Positions 1-13,039 of a stretch of DNA of 64,000 nucleotides are shown piece after piece (position 1 is the first letter of the stretch; every line of letters starts with the position of its first letter). The stretch spans positions 2,480,001-2,544,000 of the forward strand of contig CM022677.1 in assembly GCA_012295275.1 (NCBI GenBank). The letters are read 5' to 3'. The position numbers and the translations under genes were made by a program. Origin of the DNA: Chrysomallon squamiferum (taxonomy: Eukaryota; Animalia; Mollusca). The notes below the pieces were generated by a model that saw only the letters and a program-made list of their open reading frames with translations, was not told the DNA's origin and searched no databases.

Positions 1-1579
1 TTGTTAAATATGACATTCTAATATCATGTTTATTTTTTAAATTCTTTATAAAATGTTTCTAACGCATTCTAAAAACCGTTCAATGTCACTTCATCTGCTG
101 AGAGTGGTAATTTAATAAGGTAAAAGTTTCATCATGTATATTGGATAGAGGTTCCTTGTTTCCTTAATCTTTGAGTATCTGCAATTTCAAATAATTTTTA
201 TTAAATGGTCAAATGATAAAATTACAAAAATATGAAATGTAATCATTTATAATGATTATTAAACCCACTGGAAGTTTTTCATTGCTTGCACCCGTTGTCT
301 GCCCAGTTCTGATATTTTTGAGTCACATAAGGGCAGGAAGTGTGCAACCTGTGAATATCTATTGTTGATGGTTGTTAGATGAAAAGACAATATTTTTATA
401 GCCAAATACTATCACAAGTGCCATACAGTTTTCAGGTTCATGGCTGTTGGTATTAAAATTATGATTACCATTCTCTGATGAATAATGGAATCCAAGTGCT
501 CTTTGAGAATTCTGAAACTTTTGTTGTAGAACAAGGTTGCTGAATTTGTATGCTTGATGGTAGATGTCTGGAATGGTTGTTATGGTAACTGTTGTTCTTG
601 GAAAGGCTGTGTAATTTAACTTTCTTGTCTGTGCTGTTCTGCTTGGTTTTGTTTTGTAGCCGTATCCAAAGAAAGGTGCCGATGTTTTGGCTCCTGATGT
701 TTCTTGTTCACCACTGAACAGTGGCTTCTACTTCAGTCAGAGACTTTTGACTTAAAGAATGAGTTTAGGAGTAATGAAAATATTATATTTAACTTTCACT
801 TTTGCATTGTATAACTTTAAACAAATATGTTTTTATTGAACTGAAAGCAACAAAAATACAGGATAATTATTTAATTCGCCTTAAAAAAAAAAGATTAGAA
901 ACAAGGTAGACCTTTAATAAAACAATTTATTTATGTCAACTTAAATCTAACATTGAAAAATGACTCTTCTGAAAAACTACAATTCTAATCAATGATCCCA
1001 GAATTATTTCCAGAAGATTCATAAATGCACATTTTGTAAATATCCATTCTGTTTAATCACTGATCAGATGGTTCTGCCAACTTCGACATCTCTTAATACA
1101 ATTACAACATGAACTGGAGAATGTTTTGAGTCTTCTGTCAGTATGTCGCTTCTCTCTGTCTAATATATCTGATAATTTTAACATGCACTTCTGTATGTAA
1201 TTCATTATTATTATTATTTTGTTTTCTTTTGTTACTGTCCACAAACATAGTATTGGTATTTTATTACTATCTGAAGATGTTATTTTCTCTTTGATGAAAT
1301 GACAGCCATAAAAATCTTGTTTGTCAAAATCGTTAATTGAGGTAAATCATTCCTATTTTGTCTTTCATAAAATTTTTCTCCTTCCACTGATAACTCTAAA
1401 GATGTGGTGTTCTACTTTATCTCTGACATTTCATAAAGTGGACACTGAAATATTTGATAATTATTTTAACAATAATTTTAGTCATTTGTTTTTTTCTATG
1501 TGATCATATTGAAACCAGTGATATACATATTTATATATCATTAACACATTTTTTTATACTGTTTTATTTTATCTCTTAC

Positions 1580-1651
1580 CTGATGTAGTGGCTTTCCTAG
1601 GTGAATTTCAGAGCTAGAATTGTTTTCAGTAATTTCTTGTGAGAAGTAGCC
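1580..1651 (-). other. Unidentified 72-bp exon-like segment with canonical splice sites
   Basis: Minus strand reads ...ttttcacag|GGCTAC...CATCAG|gtaaga. It is open in frame 0 as GYFSQEITENNSSSEIHLGKPLHQ. I do not recognise the peptide. Confidence 0.3.
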
Positions 1652-2214
1652 CTGTGAAAACATATTTAGTGGAAAAGGTAATATGATAATAAACAAGGGA
1701 ATGGGAAAATGTTCATGCAGATTTTTGTGATGAACACTTTCCCTATATGCACTACCTCACAGAAAATTAAAGACTGGCATTCAAAACAATCATAGCGAAA
1801 TTTCATATATTTGTTAAAATTGAGACTATAAAACAATACACATTCATTCATCTTTTTTTTAAAGTAATTTTATTATTGATTGGCATCTGAAACAGTGAAA
1901 AGAATAAAATCTCGTTTCTCATATATTTTCCAGTTTATAGCATAACATGTCAAATTTAATCTTCTCGAAATTTCAGCACATCAACGTTCCCAGTTAATAA
2001 AAAAAAAAATGAATTAAGACTGTTCCAAGTTTCAGTTTGTAAGTTCCCTATTAATAAGAAAATTGAATTTCAACCATTCATAATTTCAGTTCTTCAATAT
2101 TCCCTATTAATAAGAAAACAGAATTTAAACTTCAATATTTAAAATCAGAATTTGAACCAATTTATCAGTGTTTCTTGATTAGTAAGAAATGTGAATTACT
2201 ACTGTTCCACTCAC

Positions 2215-2284
2215 TCTTCCTCATTTTAATCAAGAAGTTTAGCTAATCCAAAGTCTGTAATCTTCACCTGATTCGGGGTTTGTT
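2215..2284 (-). pseudogene. EGFR: EGFR/ErbB tyrosine-kinase fragment (subdomain VII, DFG region) with in-frame stop
   Basis: Minus strand translates QTPNQVKITDFGLAKLLD*NEEE, matching the ErbB-family motif (TPxHVKITDFGLAKLL). It is flanked by ctttgtacag| and |gtgagt. No other kinase exons were seen. Confidence 0.75.
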
Positions 2285-3082
2285 CTGTACAAAGATAAAA
2301 AAATAAAATAAATATATTATTATTATTATTACTATTATTATTATTATTATTATTGGTGTTACTTGTCCAAGGGGTAGATATCCTAGGGTTTGGTTGTCCA
2401 GGGCAGATATTACCAACTCCATATAAATATTTTACAAATAAATATCTGCATTCTATTACTATCATCACCATCATCACTGCTGTCTTCTACATTATCATCA
2501 TCATCATCATCATCATGACATCTTTTACATCATGATCATCATCACTGCCATTTTCTACATCAACATCGTCATCATCATCACCATTATTATTATTACTATG
2601 AACATAAGAATAAGAACTTTTTGAAACAGTTAAGTTCAGCCATAGCAGCAGAATAAACTATATAATAGAATAGTAAAATATATAGTAGAATATATAGATG
2701 AATAAATATTTCTATTTTTGATCAGTAGAATAAAAAAAATAACAGATGGATACCAGCTGAAGGAAAACTAATACATCTAGAGTGATGCTGCAAGGCTTCA
2801 AATATCACTCTTATCCTAGTAGAAGACACAATTCTATTAGCAAAGAAGTAAATATACGACTGATAACAGACTGACTGGGTCCAGCTGGAAAATTTCGCCC
2901 GACTTTCCTGACTCTGACACGTGGCAATTTCCATTTCTTGTGTGCACAAAGATGGTGAATCTTTCAGAGCAAATTGGACTATTTATTTTAGACAACCTCA
3001 ACAAACAGCTGAAAAAACCCTCATGTAAACACGAGTCTTCATGACATTTATCTAAAGGTCCTCTAAAATTCTTCTGACTTAT

Positions 3083-3587
3083 CTAATTCAGGCTTTGTGT
3101 TGATTCAGCAGTGGTGGGTGATGCTAATGTTGATGTCCCCGGTCTTTCTGCTCTGTGATGTTTCTCCAGAGTCACTTTCGGAAGACTTTCGAACTTTTGG
3201 AGGCTTCTCCGGGCATTCATCATCCTCTGCTTTCCGTTTCCTAGATGTTGATGACCCTGGTCTTTCTCCACGTGATGTTTCTCCTGAGTCACATGTTGTA
3301 GTTGCAGACTGTTGTATTGATTTAGCAGTGGTGGTTGATGCTGATGTTGTTGCCCTTGGTCTTTGTCCACGTGATGTTTCTCCAGAGAAACATTTTGAAG
3401 TTTCAGACTGTTGTATTGATTCAGCAGTGTGGGTGATGCTGATGTTGATGTCCCCGGTCTTTCTGCTCTGTGATGTTTCTCCAGAGTCACTTTTGGAGGC
3501 CATCCGGGCATCCATCATCCTCTGCTTTCCGTTTCCTAGATGTTGATGTCCCTGGTTCTCCGCACGATGTTTCTCCAGAGTAACTTT
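3083..3587 (-). pseudogene. Frameshifted exon of an unidentified Ser/Thr-rich internally repeated protein (SGETS repeats, basic NLS-like motif)
   Basis: There is an acceptor atttcag near 3588 and an internal ~315-bp duplication (3100-3260 vs 3415-3560). Reads include SGETSCGEPGTSTSRKRKAEDD and RKRKAEDDECPEKPPKVRK, with frame breaks between units. Confidence 0.45.
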
Positions 3588-3970
3588 CTGAAATTATAGT
3601 TTTTGTTGTTATTTCTATTTTTATTTTATTTTTTATTGCAGTAAACCTTCCTCTTTTTTTTTTTCCTTTTTTTTTCACATATACATTCTATCTGTAGTTT
3701 CTTATTAAAATAAATCACACGTTACTTTTTACTCTACTGCTAGTAACAAAAGGATAAGTACTCCTGTGTTATTCGAGTTATCGACAGAAAATTAGGTTAT
3801 GCATATTCGATTATTTCTTTATCCATCTGAAGACATTGTTTGTACCAGTAAGTCTATTTTACACATGTACACTAGTGTGAAATTTATAAATTTATTAAAA
3901 TGCTATAAAGAAGATTCCCACTGAGCTATTGCGAGTTAGTTCTAGTTCAGAAATATGATTTACAGTGAAA

Positions 3971-4005
3971 CTAGAAAATCGGGGAGCGTCGTGGGTACGA
4001 CCTCC
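3971..4005 (-). mobile_element. Helitron-like 3' terminus (GC-rich hairpin followed by CTAG|T)
   Basis: Minus strand reads GGAGGTCGT-ACCC-ACGAC(G)CTCC-ccgatttt-CTAG|T. This is a 9-bp stem with one bulge, an 8-nt spacer, the CTRR end and a T target base, set in ~70% AT sequence. Confidence 0.55.
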
Positions 4006-5044
4006 ATTTCCATATTTCTTATGTTTTATGCATCTTCAGCATCACTTAATGAAGAATAAATACATAAAATAAAAACTAATTTAACTTGTCTCATAATATT
4101 TTATTATCATTTAGTGGATTTTTAGAAATGCATTTGTAGTTTAGTAATATTAATAGCCATCCTTAATAAAAATGTATTATTAGTTATATATTACTGTCAT
4201 TGTCATTACTGTAATTTTATTATTACTTTATTTTTCATTTATTTATAAATTTATTATTAATTTATTATTGTCATTATTGTATTATTTATTAAACTTTTTT
4301 AAAAATAAAACATCCAATTTTTATTCAAATAGATATAAACTGATAATTTACACAATTATTATTACTTTTGAATTTAAATTAATATCGCTTGATTTGCTTG
4401 AGATGAAATTAGTAATAAATACAATTTAATATAAGTTTCTAAATAACTGATATACATTAGATGTTATATATTAACAAATATACATTATAAACTATTTAGA
4501 AATTAATATAAATATGTTTTTGTTTCTGTGTGTGTTTGTGTATATTAGTGTAAGTTTGTGCTTGTTTAGTCACAAACACAAATGCACATACACAAATGTG
4601 CACAGGCATGCACATGAACACACACACACACACACACAATAGTTTTAAATTTTTAGTTCTGAACATATTTAAATAGATTATTACTGTTATTATTTTTGAG
4701 TCTTCCATGAAATAAATATTTGATAACAACACTTGTTATTCCATTTAACACTTCCTTTAACTTGAAAAATTTAATATTTCATTCACAATTACTCCTTATC
4801 ATTTCGTTGACTGGAATATATGTATATTCCTTTGGTTCCTTTTGAGTAATATTTAAGAATAAGTATAACTTTTCCAGCAACTATTATTTATATGTTGAGA
4901 ATTGAGTTAAAATTCACAATATTCTTAGACCCAATTTTATACAATTATTGCCTTCACAAAGTATACAAATCATTTCATTTTAGTTTGTAATTTGTCCTGT
5001 TTTGTGTGAATGAATACCCCAATTATTATTTATTCATTTGTTAG

Positions 5045-5085
<41 letters not shown>

Positions 5086-5361
5086 TTTATGGTATTATAA
5101 GGAACTGACCATGGATAATAATTTTCATAACATAAGGGAAATAACTCTCTTTTGATAAAACTTTAGTTATATTGTTAAAACATATGAAATAAATAAAGAA
5201 AGCAAATACAATTTCCCACCCAAATAAAAAAAAAATCAATAATAATTAACACCCTGAAAACAATTTTATATCTCTTTTTTATTTACCAAGAAATAGTAAC
5301 TATGAATTAAAAAATCAAATTCAACAGCAAAATTGTAACAAATATAAAAATTAATTAATTA

Positions 5362-6145
5362 AAAATAACAAAAATATTTTAAAAAGAAAATATAATTTAA
5401 CTACAGCTGTTACTAATTTATGACCTGTTTTAAATTAGTACATCGAATAATTAATTGCTTTATTTAACAATAGCTAGTATTAAAATTGATCTAGACATCT
5501 ATTTTGTATTAAAGTTTACTAAATAAATTGATTTAATGCTTTATCTTCTGAGTTTATATTCTATTTTGTGCAGACATAAATGCATGCACTCATATAACAC
5601 AAGTAAAAGACACTAAAGAAACTAACACATATACAAACATTACAATACTCACACAACAGAAAATACACACACATTCACTTAGGCAAAATTGACACAAACA
5701 GACATACCAACATACATACACACACACATACACACACACAAATACAGGCACACATATCTGCAGAGACATACTGACATACATACTGACACATCCTCACACA
5801 TACAGTGCAGAACATAAATTTAATACATAATAACTGATATCAAAAACACTTCTTATAATAACTGGCCTATGAAAACAACAAATATAAAGATAAAACTCTG
5901 AAAAAAAAAACACTAATAAAAATATGATTTCCTTTATACACTTTGGTCTGTGTATTTTATCAGCACATAAATATCAGTATGATTGTGAGTGAATTAACAG
6001 CATATTTTATGTTTGTTTTGTGTCTTTTACAAATAACAAAAATATTGTAAAAAGAAAATATAATTTATCACCTGTTTTAAATTAGTACATCGAATAATAA
6101 TTTTTTTTTTTTTTAACAGGAGCTAGTATTAAAAACTGATCTAGC
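5362..6145. repeat. Local direct duplication of ~120-130 bp (5362-5495 and 6031-6145)
   Basis: Both copies share aaataacaaaaatatt..aaaagaaaatataattta..cctgttttaaattagtacatcgaataa..agctagtattaaaa..tgatctag. Confidence 0.75.
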
Positions 6146-6535
6146 AATTATACTATTCCTGTGTATCAAAAAATGTGGAATAGAGCATTTAAAAAGTCAT
6201 ACGACTATTGCAACTACAACTACTTTTCCTACTGCACCTCTATTAAAACTACATAGCTGCTATTATTATTATTACTACTGCTGCTACTACTACTACAACT
6301 ACAGTTATGATAACTCCTTTACCACACTACTACATTAGCTTTTATTGTCACTATCCTACAAGGTTAGCTATTATTATTATTATTATTATTAATACTGTTT
6401 CTACTACTACTGTTTCTAGTTGTTTTTTTTGATGCAGTAGTAGCTGTTATAATTACTACTGCTGATGCTGTTGCTACTATTACAGCTATGTCTGCCGATG
6501 TTTTTGGTGCTAATTACATCTCTGTCACAAATAAT

Positions 6536-7440
6536 AACACAACTGTTTACTACTATAAAATATGAGAAGCTGTTAACAAGTGTTATTTTCCTCCTGTGTA
6601 CGTGTATAATAACACAACTGCTTACTACTATAAAATACAACCAGCTATTAACAAGTGTTATTTTCCTCCTGTGTACGTGTATAGTAACACAACTGTTTAC
6701 TACTATAAAATACGAGAAGCTATTAACAAGTGTTATTTTCCTCCTGTGTATGTGTATAGTAACACAACTGTTTACTACTATAAAATACGAGAAGCTATTA
6801 ACAAGTGTTATTTTCCTCCTGTGTATGTGTATAGTAACACAACTGTTTACTACTATAAAATATGAGAAGCTATTAACAAGTGTTATTTTCCTCCTGTGTA
6901 CGTGTATAGTAACACAACTGTTTACTACTATAAAATACAACAAGCTATTAACAAGTTATTTTCCTCCTGTGTATGTGTATAGTAACACAACTGTTTACTA
7001 CTATAAAATACGAGAAGCTATTAACAAGTGTTATTTTCCTCCTGTGTATGTGTATAGTAACACAACTGTTTACTACTATAAAATACGAGAAGCTATTAAC
7101 AAGTGTTATTTTCCTCCTGTGTATGTGTATAGTAACACAACTGTTTACTACTATAAAATACAACAAGCTATTAACAAGTGTTATTTTCCTCCTGTGTATG
7201 TGTATAGTAACACAACTGTTTACTACTATAAAATACAACAAGCTATTAACAAGTGTTATTTTCCTCCTGTGTATGTGTATAGTAACACAACTGTTTACTA
7301 CTATAAAATACAACAAGCTATTAACAAGTGTTATTTTCCTCCTGTGTATGTGTATAATAACACAACTGTTTACTACTATAAAATATGAGAAGCTATAAAC
7401 AAGTGTTATTTTCCTCCTGTGTACGTGTATAGTAACAAAA
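6536..7440. repeat. 75-bp tandem minisatellite, ~12 near-identical copies
   Basis: Unit is aacacaactgtttactactataaaatacgagaagctattaacaagtgttattttcctcctgtgtatgtgtatagt. One copy has a 2-bp deletion near 6955. The array explains the 25-aa periodic ORFs in several frames. Confidence 0.95.
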
Positions 7441-7609
7441 ATAAACATAATAAATCTCAAACAAAATAAATATGCAAGCTTCTGTTTTATTATTTTGAAT
7501 TAAAAAATTATTTTCTACTCCAGCTCTTTAACTCAGACACGTGTCCCTTTGTGGTATAAACAAAGACTAAAGGCAATGTCAGATTCAATCTTAAATTTAA
7601 TCTTAAATT

Positions 7610-9635
7610 ATCACTATTGCTGATATACACACACCATTATCAGAGTAGCAGTTACACTATTGTTGACACACACACTATTATCACAGTAGCCATTATCACT
7701 GTTACTGATACACACACATACACAGAACCACACACACACTTACTGTTATCAGAGTATCAGTTATCACTATTGGTGATACATACAAACAATTATCAGAGTA
7801 GCAATTATCAATATGGCTGATACACACACACACATACACACATACTGTTATCATTCAGGCAGTTATCAGTATTGCTGATACACGCACAATATTATCAGAG
7901 TAGCAGTTATGACAATATACACATACTCACACAAACACAAATACTATTATCACAGAAGCAATCATCACTATTGCTGATACACTCACAAACACACACATAT
8001 ACCATTATCACGGAAGCAATTATCACTATTGCTGATACGCTCACACACATGCACACACATGCACACACTTATACCATTATTAGTTGTTATCTGTATTGTT
8101 GATATACACACATACTATTGTCAGACTAGCAATTGTGACTATTTCTGATACACACACACACACAGTTATCTGAGTAGGAATTGTCACTATTGCTAATACA
8201 CACACACACACACACATGTACACTATTACCAGAGTAGGAATTATCACTATTGCTGATACACTCACACATACACACACTTAAACTATTATTAGTAGTTATC
8301 TGTATTGCTGATATACACACATACTATTGTCAGAGTAGCAAATATCATTATTGCTTATACACTCACACACACAGATTATTATCAGAGTAGCAGTTATCAG
8401 TATTGCTGATACACGCACACTATTATCAGAGAAGCAGTTATAACAATATACACATACATACTATTATAGAAGCAATCATCACTACTGCTAATAAACACAC
8501 ACACACTACTATCAGAGTAGTAGTTATCAGTATGGCTGATACACACACAAACACACACACATACTATTATCAGAGTAGCAGTTGTCACTATTGTAGAAAT
8601 TGTCACTATTCCTGACACACACAATTATCACAGTAGAAAAGATCACTAGTGTTGATACACTGACACACAAACTATTATCACAGAAGCAATTGTGACACAC
8701 ATACATACTATTATCTCAGTTGCAATTTTAACTATTGCTGATTTATACACACACACACATACTATTATCAGCAGTAATTATCACTAGTGCTGAAAAACAC
8801 ACAATTATCAGAATAGTAAGTATCACTATTGCTGATACAGACACTATTATGACTATTACAGATACACTCACACTATTATCAGAATAGCAGTTATCACTAT
8901 TTCTGATACAATCACATACACAGAAAAACATAGACACAATTACTATTATCAGAGTAGCAGATATTAATATTGTTGATAAAAACACACAACACACATTATC
9001 AAAGTAGCAGTTATCACTATTGCCGATACTCTCACACACATACCATTATCTGAGAAGCAATTATCACAAACATACACAAAGACACACACACACAATATAT
9101 CAGAGTAGCAGTTATCACTAGTGCTGATAAACACACATACACACAAACACACATACCATTATCAGAATAGTAGTTAACACAATTGCTAATATACTCACAC
9201 ACACAGTATTATCAGAGTAGCAATTATCATTTTTACTGATACACTCACAAACACACACACATACTATTATCAGAGTAGAAATAATCACTATTGCTGATAC
9301 AGTTACACACAAACATACTATTATCAGAGTAGCAATTGTCACTGTTACTGATGTACACACATACACAGAACCACACAGACACACTATTATCAGAGTAGCA
9401 GTTATCACTATTATGATACACACACTGTTATGAGAGTAGAAATAAACATGCACACAGACACACTATTATCAGAGTAGCAATTATCACTGTTACTGATACA
9501 CACACGCATACTACTATCACTAGTGCTGATATACACACACTTTTATCACAGAAGAAATGATCACTATTTCTGATATACACATATATTATCAGAGTAGCAA
9601 TTATCACTATTGGTGATACACCCACACATACTATC
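7610..9635. repeat. Degenerate CA-rich satellite: conserved ~38-bp box separated by variable (CA)n tracts
   Basis: cactattatcagagtagcagttatcactattgctgata followed by (ca)n recurs dozens of times. Confidence 0.9.
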
Positions 9636-9639
9636 TCTG

Positions 9640-10090
9640 TCAATCATCTTTCCATTTCTTCAAATGGTAGCTCTCAAGTTAACTTCCAATATTCTTTATT
9701 AAAACAACTTTAAGCTGGAACCTGCTTGTTGTCTATTTGTAAATATCACTGCTCCACATCTTTTCATTTTTTCTGCACTAATCTGTAATGTAGAACTGCA
9801 CAGAGCTTTTGCACTGTCATTAGTCGTTATAGTGGAAGTTGTTTTACTGCCTTCCTGATAAAACCAAGAATCATCCACTGTTAACTATTGGAGAACAATC
9901 AATCAACACTGACATATATTGTCAACAACTTCTCTGTCTGGAAACTTGGTCTATATCAGCAGATATCTCAACTGTTTGAAGCAACTTGTATAGTCTTCTC
10001 CATATTCTTGTAACTTAAGCTGATTCCAGAATAATGTCTTTCCTGTAGATACAATAATACAATTTAATAGAATAATAAGTATTTTTCCAT
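9640..10090 (-). other. Unidentified decayed exon-like segment; its 5' ~120 bp is also present at 23990-24113 (+) and 26248-26369 (-)
   Basis: Acceptor attgtatctacag|gaaagac..tctggaatcagctt.agttacaagaata is shared with the two other copies. Stops occur in all frames. Confidence 0.5.
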
Positions 10091-11341
10091 CTGCATCTTG
10101 TCTAGAAAGAGCAAGTTCAGGAAAGAAGGATAGCATTACAACTAATTACTCTATATACTTGATAAGCACAACTAACACTAATTATAAATTATTTTATGGC
10201 AGTTAAAAAGAAATAAAATACATAAAAGTAAAATTTAAAAAATTGAATAAAAATGATAAAGGTGGAAAGACAAAACAAAATATGTCACTGATCAATGAAA
10301 ACATTATAGTACATATACTATATCCTTTTATAATTCTTTTCAGGGCTTCTTTTTTTTTGTTTTTGATTTTTAAAAGAAAAACAAAATGTTGATATTTTCT
10401 AGCTATCCATTATTATTTATAATAAAATAAACTCAATAAAGTATAATTCACCATTTACACAATGAAAAAAACATAATTCACTAAGTTTTCTATTCTGGAA
10501 GCTCAAAGGACCATAAAGTTCTTTGTAACATTTTCCTTAGCAACCATTACTGTATGTTCATGAAATTTGGCCTGCTTATCAAATTTAGTTCACTAAAGAA
10601 TTCTGCAATATCTGTTTGAAGGCAATATCTATTTTACTTTTTGCACAATATTTTATATAAAATAAGTAAAAATGCACCTTTTTAGTGCATCAACAAACAA
10701 AAGGACAAACAACTAAAAGGGACCAATTAGATCACTGTTACTAATTATAGAAATTTTCTTAGCCAGTTAAAGAGTGGAGCCACACCAAGCTCTGAACTGA
10801 TCACACCATGCTGCACCCACTGATAGCAATTAAACACATTCCTTGCATTTCAATTTCTTTTAAAAAATTGTTATAATTAAATTTCTCTGATAAAACCTTG
10901 AATAACAAAGATATGCTACTTCCTTTATAATAAACAAAAAACAAACTATTTTCTTTTAAGGATAACATGGTTATGTGTGGATCATGAGAATGGGTTACCA
11001 ATTTAAAAAGAGAATGTTTTCTAATATTTAATTACTGTACATGTTTTCATACAATACACTGAAATAGACTGACACACTTTGATAGTGTTACATTCTCATA
11101 ATATTAATTCTCACCCCAAGACATAATAATAACAATTAAAAAGTAATACAACCGTTATTTACATACAGTATATAGAATTGTCACAGTTGTGACATGTGAA
11201 CATCCAACAGTGTAATTTGAAAATAATATTTTTACCAACAGTTTCAAGTCAGTGTTAATGTATCTGCAATAAAATAAAACATTCTATGGGCAGACGAGAT
11301 CCCGCATGTTTTGTCTAACAAAACAAAATTTGGTTGATTAC

Positions 11342-13039
11342 CTTTGTTGTTCTGGATTCAACAACTTGACACAAATTGGCAAGTAATCCACGTCTGAAAG
11401 TTTGAACTTCCACTTTAATAAACCAAAACACCAGTCTGGTGTGAACTTGTTATGGCCAGAAGGCATAAAATTAAGTGTTATTTCTGTATGGAGTCCAATC
11501 ATAACCCTCCATGCTGCATACCACAACATAAATTGATTCTTATTTTGTCACAATGTAAGTTTACTTTCATTTCTCCCAGGCCAAACTTCTGCAGAAAATG
11601 GTGTAGTAAAGAAATAAACATATTAGAACCCTTGCTACTACTCAGACTTTCATCAATCAAATAATTAATCTGTTGAGGATTGGCCTCACAACAAATTCCA
11701 AAAATCTCACATTTTCTAGGTACAAGGAAATAAACTGGTCCAGGCTGGAGTGGATACTTGGTATGTGACTTGTTGGGCGAAGTTGAAAGAATAATGAATT
11801 GTACCAGGCAAAGAGTTAGGTTGGTGAGGGCCAACATTGGTAACATAAGCTTCAGTGGCAGTGACTTTGGACTCTGCCACCATGTTATTATAAAAACTTC
11901 CTTTCAGATTCCACAATACACAGATGTTCAAGTTGTTCACCAAGAATTTGCTTTTTCTCATCTTCTGGAAGATTATCAGTTCAGTGAATCATCTCCTTGT
12001 TTTGTTTGCACTGCCAGCACAACTCTGTCCTAGGGCAACCAACAACTATGAAGGGAACATGCAGCTTCGATAGATTAATAAAGGAGGATTTCCCTATGGC
12101 AAGATGACCCAAAAAAGAAAAGAGACCTAAAAATAAATAAGTATTAAAACAATTACTGCAAATTGTTATAATTATTTCAAGTAACAATTTCTAAATAATT
12201 TAATTACTAATCTTTCATATCAACAGAAACAATATCAATAACTTTAAAACTTAAAAAACTAAGTAAGAATATAAATGTATGCATGGTTATTTGAATTAGT
12301 GTACTGTTTGAAGCACCTTTCCTATAAAGTATAATTTAATGTTTGTTTTAATTTATCTCCAGATACAGAAGTGAAGTAAAGGTTGGGGTGTTTAATCTTT
12401 GCTTTACCACAAACATGTATACATATTAAATTATGTACGTATATCGACATGTATATTCATCTATATATAAATCAAAATATCTAAACATCCTTAAACAGGT
12501 ATATATAAAAACCCCAAATATACCAAGCTATTCATTCTAATAACTATTAAATAGTATTAAAAATAAAACAAATTCATTAAAACATGACATAGTGGCAGGA
12601 TGGTCATTTTTGCATAATAAAAAGAATGTTCTAAGGACCAAGGAGAGGAACAAATATTAATGAACAGTTAGAAAGAAAAAGGAGCTTTATCAATAGTTAT
12701 AATTTATTTGGTTGTGCACGTGATCTTGGAGAATCTTTTGTGTGAAGTCACAATCAACTTACCTTGTGCATTAGCAAGTTGTCAGTAATGACTCAAAGTG
12801 AAGCCTTCATCTCAGATGTGTGGAGTATGTTGACCTCACTTCTCTTGAATCCTGGTACTCGGCCAGGTAAGCTGAGTGCATGGTCCTCCACAAAATGCTG
12901 CAGAAACTGGACAACCCTCTCTGTATCATCAGAACTAGTACACTGAATTAAATTTTCTCCCACCACATTTTTTCTGTCTTGGAGTTACTCCATGCTGACA
13001 TAGTGCTTCAGCAATGCTGTTAGTTTATTCTGAGTAATG
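11342..13039 (-). mobile_element. Intron-containing DDD-type (Sola-like) DNA transposase pseudogene, copy 1
   Basis: Exon 12763-13039 (ag|...|gtaagt) reads ITQNKLTALLKHY..ERVVQFLQHFVEDHALSLPGRVPGFKRSEV. Exon ~11342-12126 reads PRTELCWQCKQN..EHL, PLQPGPVYFLVPRKCEIFGICCEANPQQINYLIDE..KGSNMFISLLHHFL, and YAAWRVMIGLHTEITLNFMPSGHNKFTPDWCFGLLK. There are several stops and frameshifts. The Sola assignment is from recalled motifs. Confidence 0.75.

Noticed and set aside
6416-7460. Long ORFs (175, 307, 170, 141 aa) with 25-aa periodicity
   Set aside because: They are produced by a 75-bp tandem repeat that is open in several frames on both strands; there is no domain or gene context.
7610-9635. CRISPR-like array or His/Cys-rich ORFs
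   Set aside because: The spacers are (CA)n microsatellites and the ORFs are low-complexity translations.
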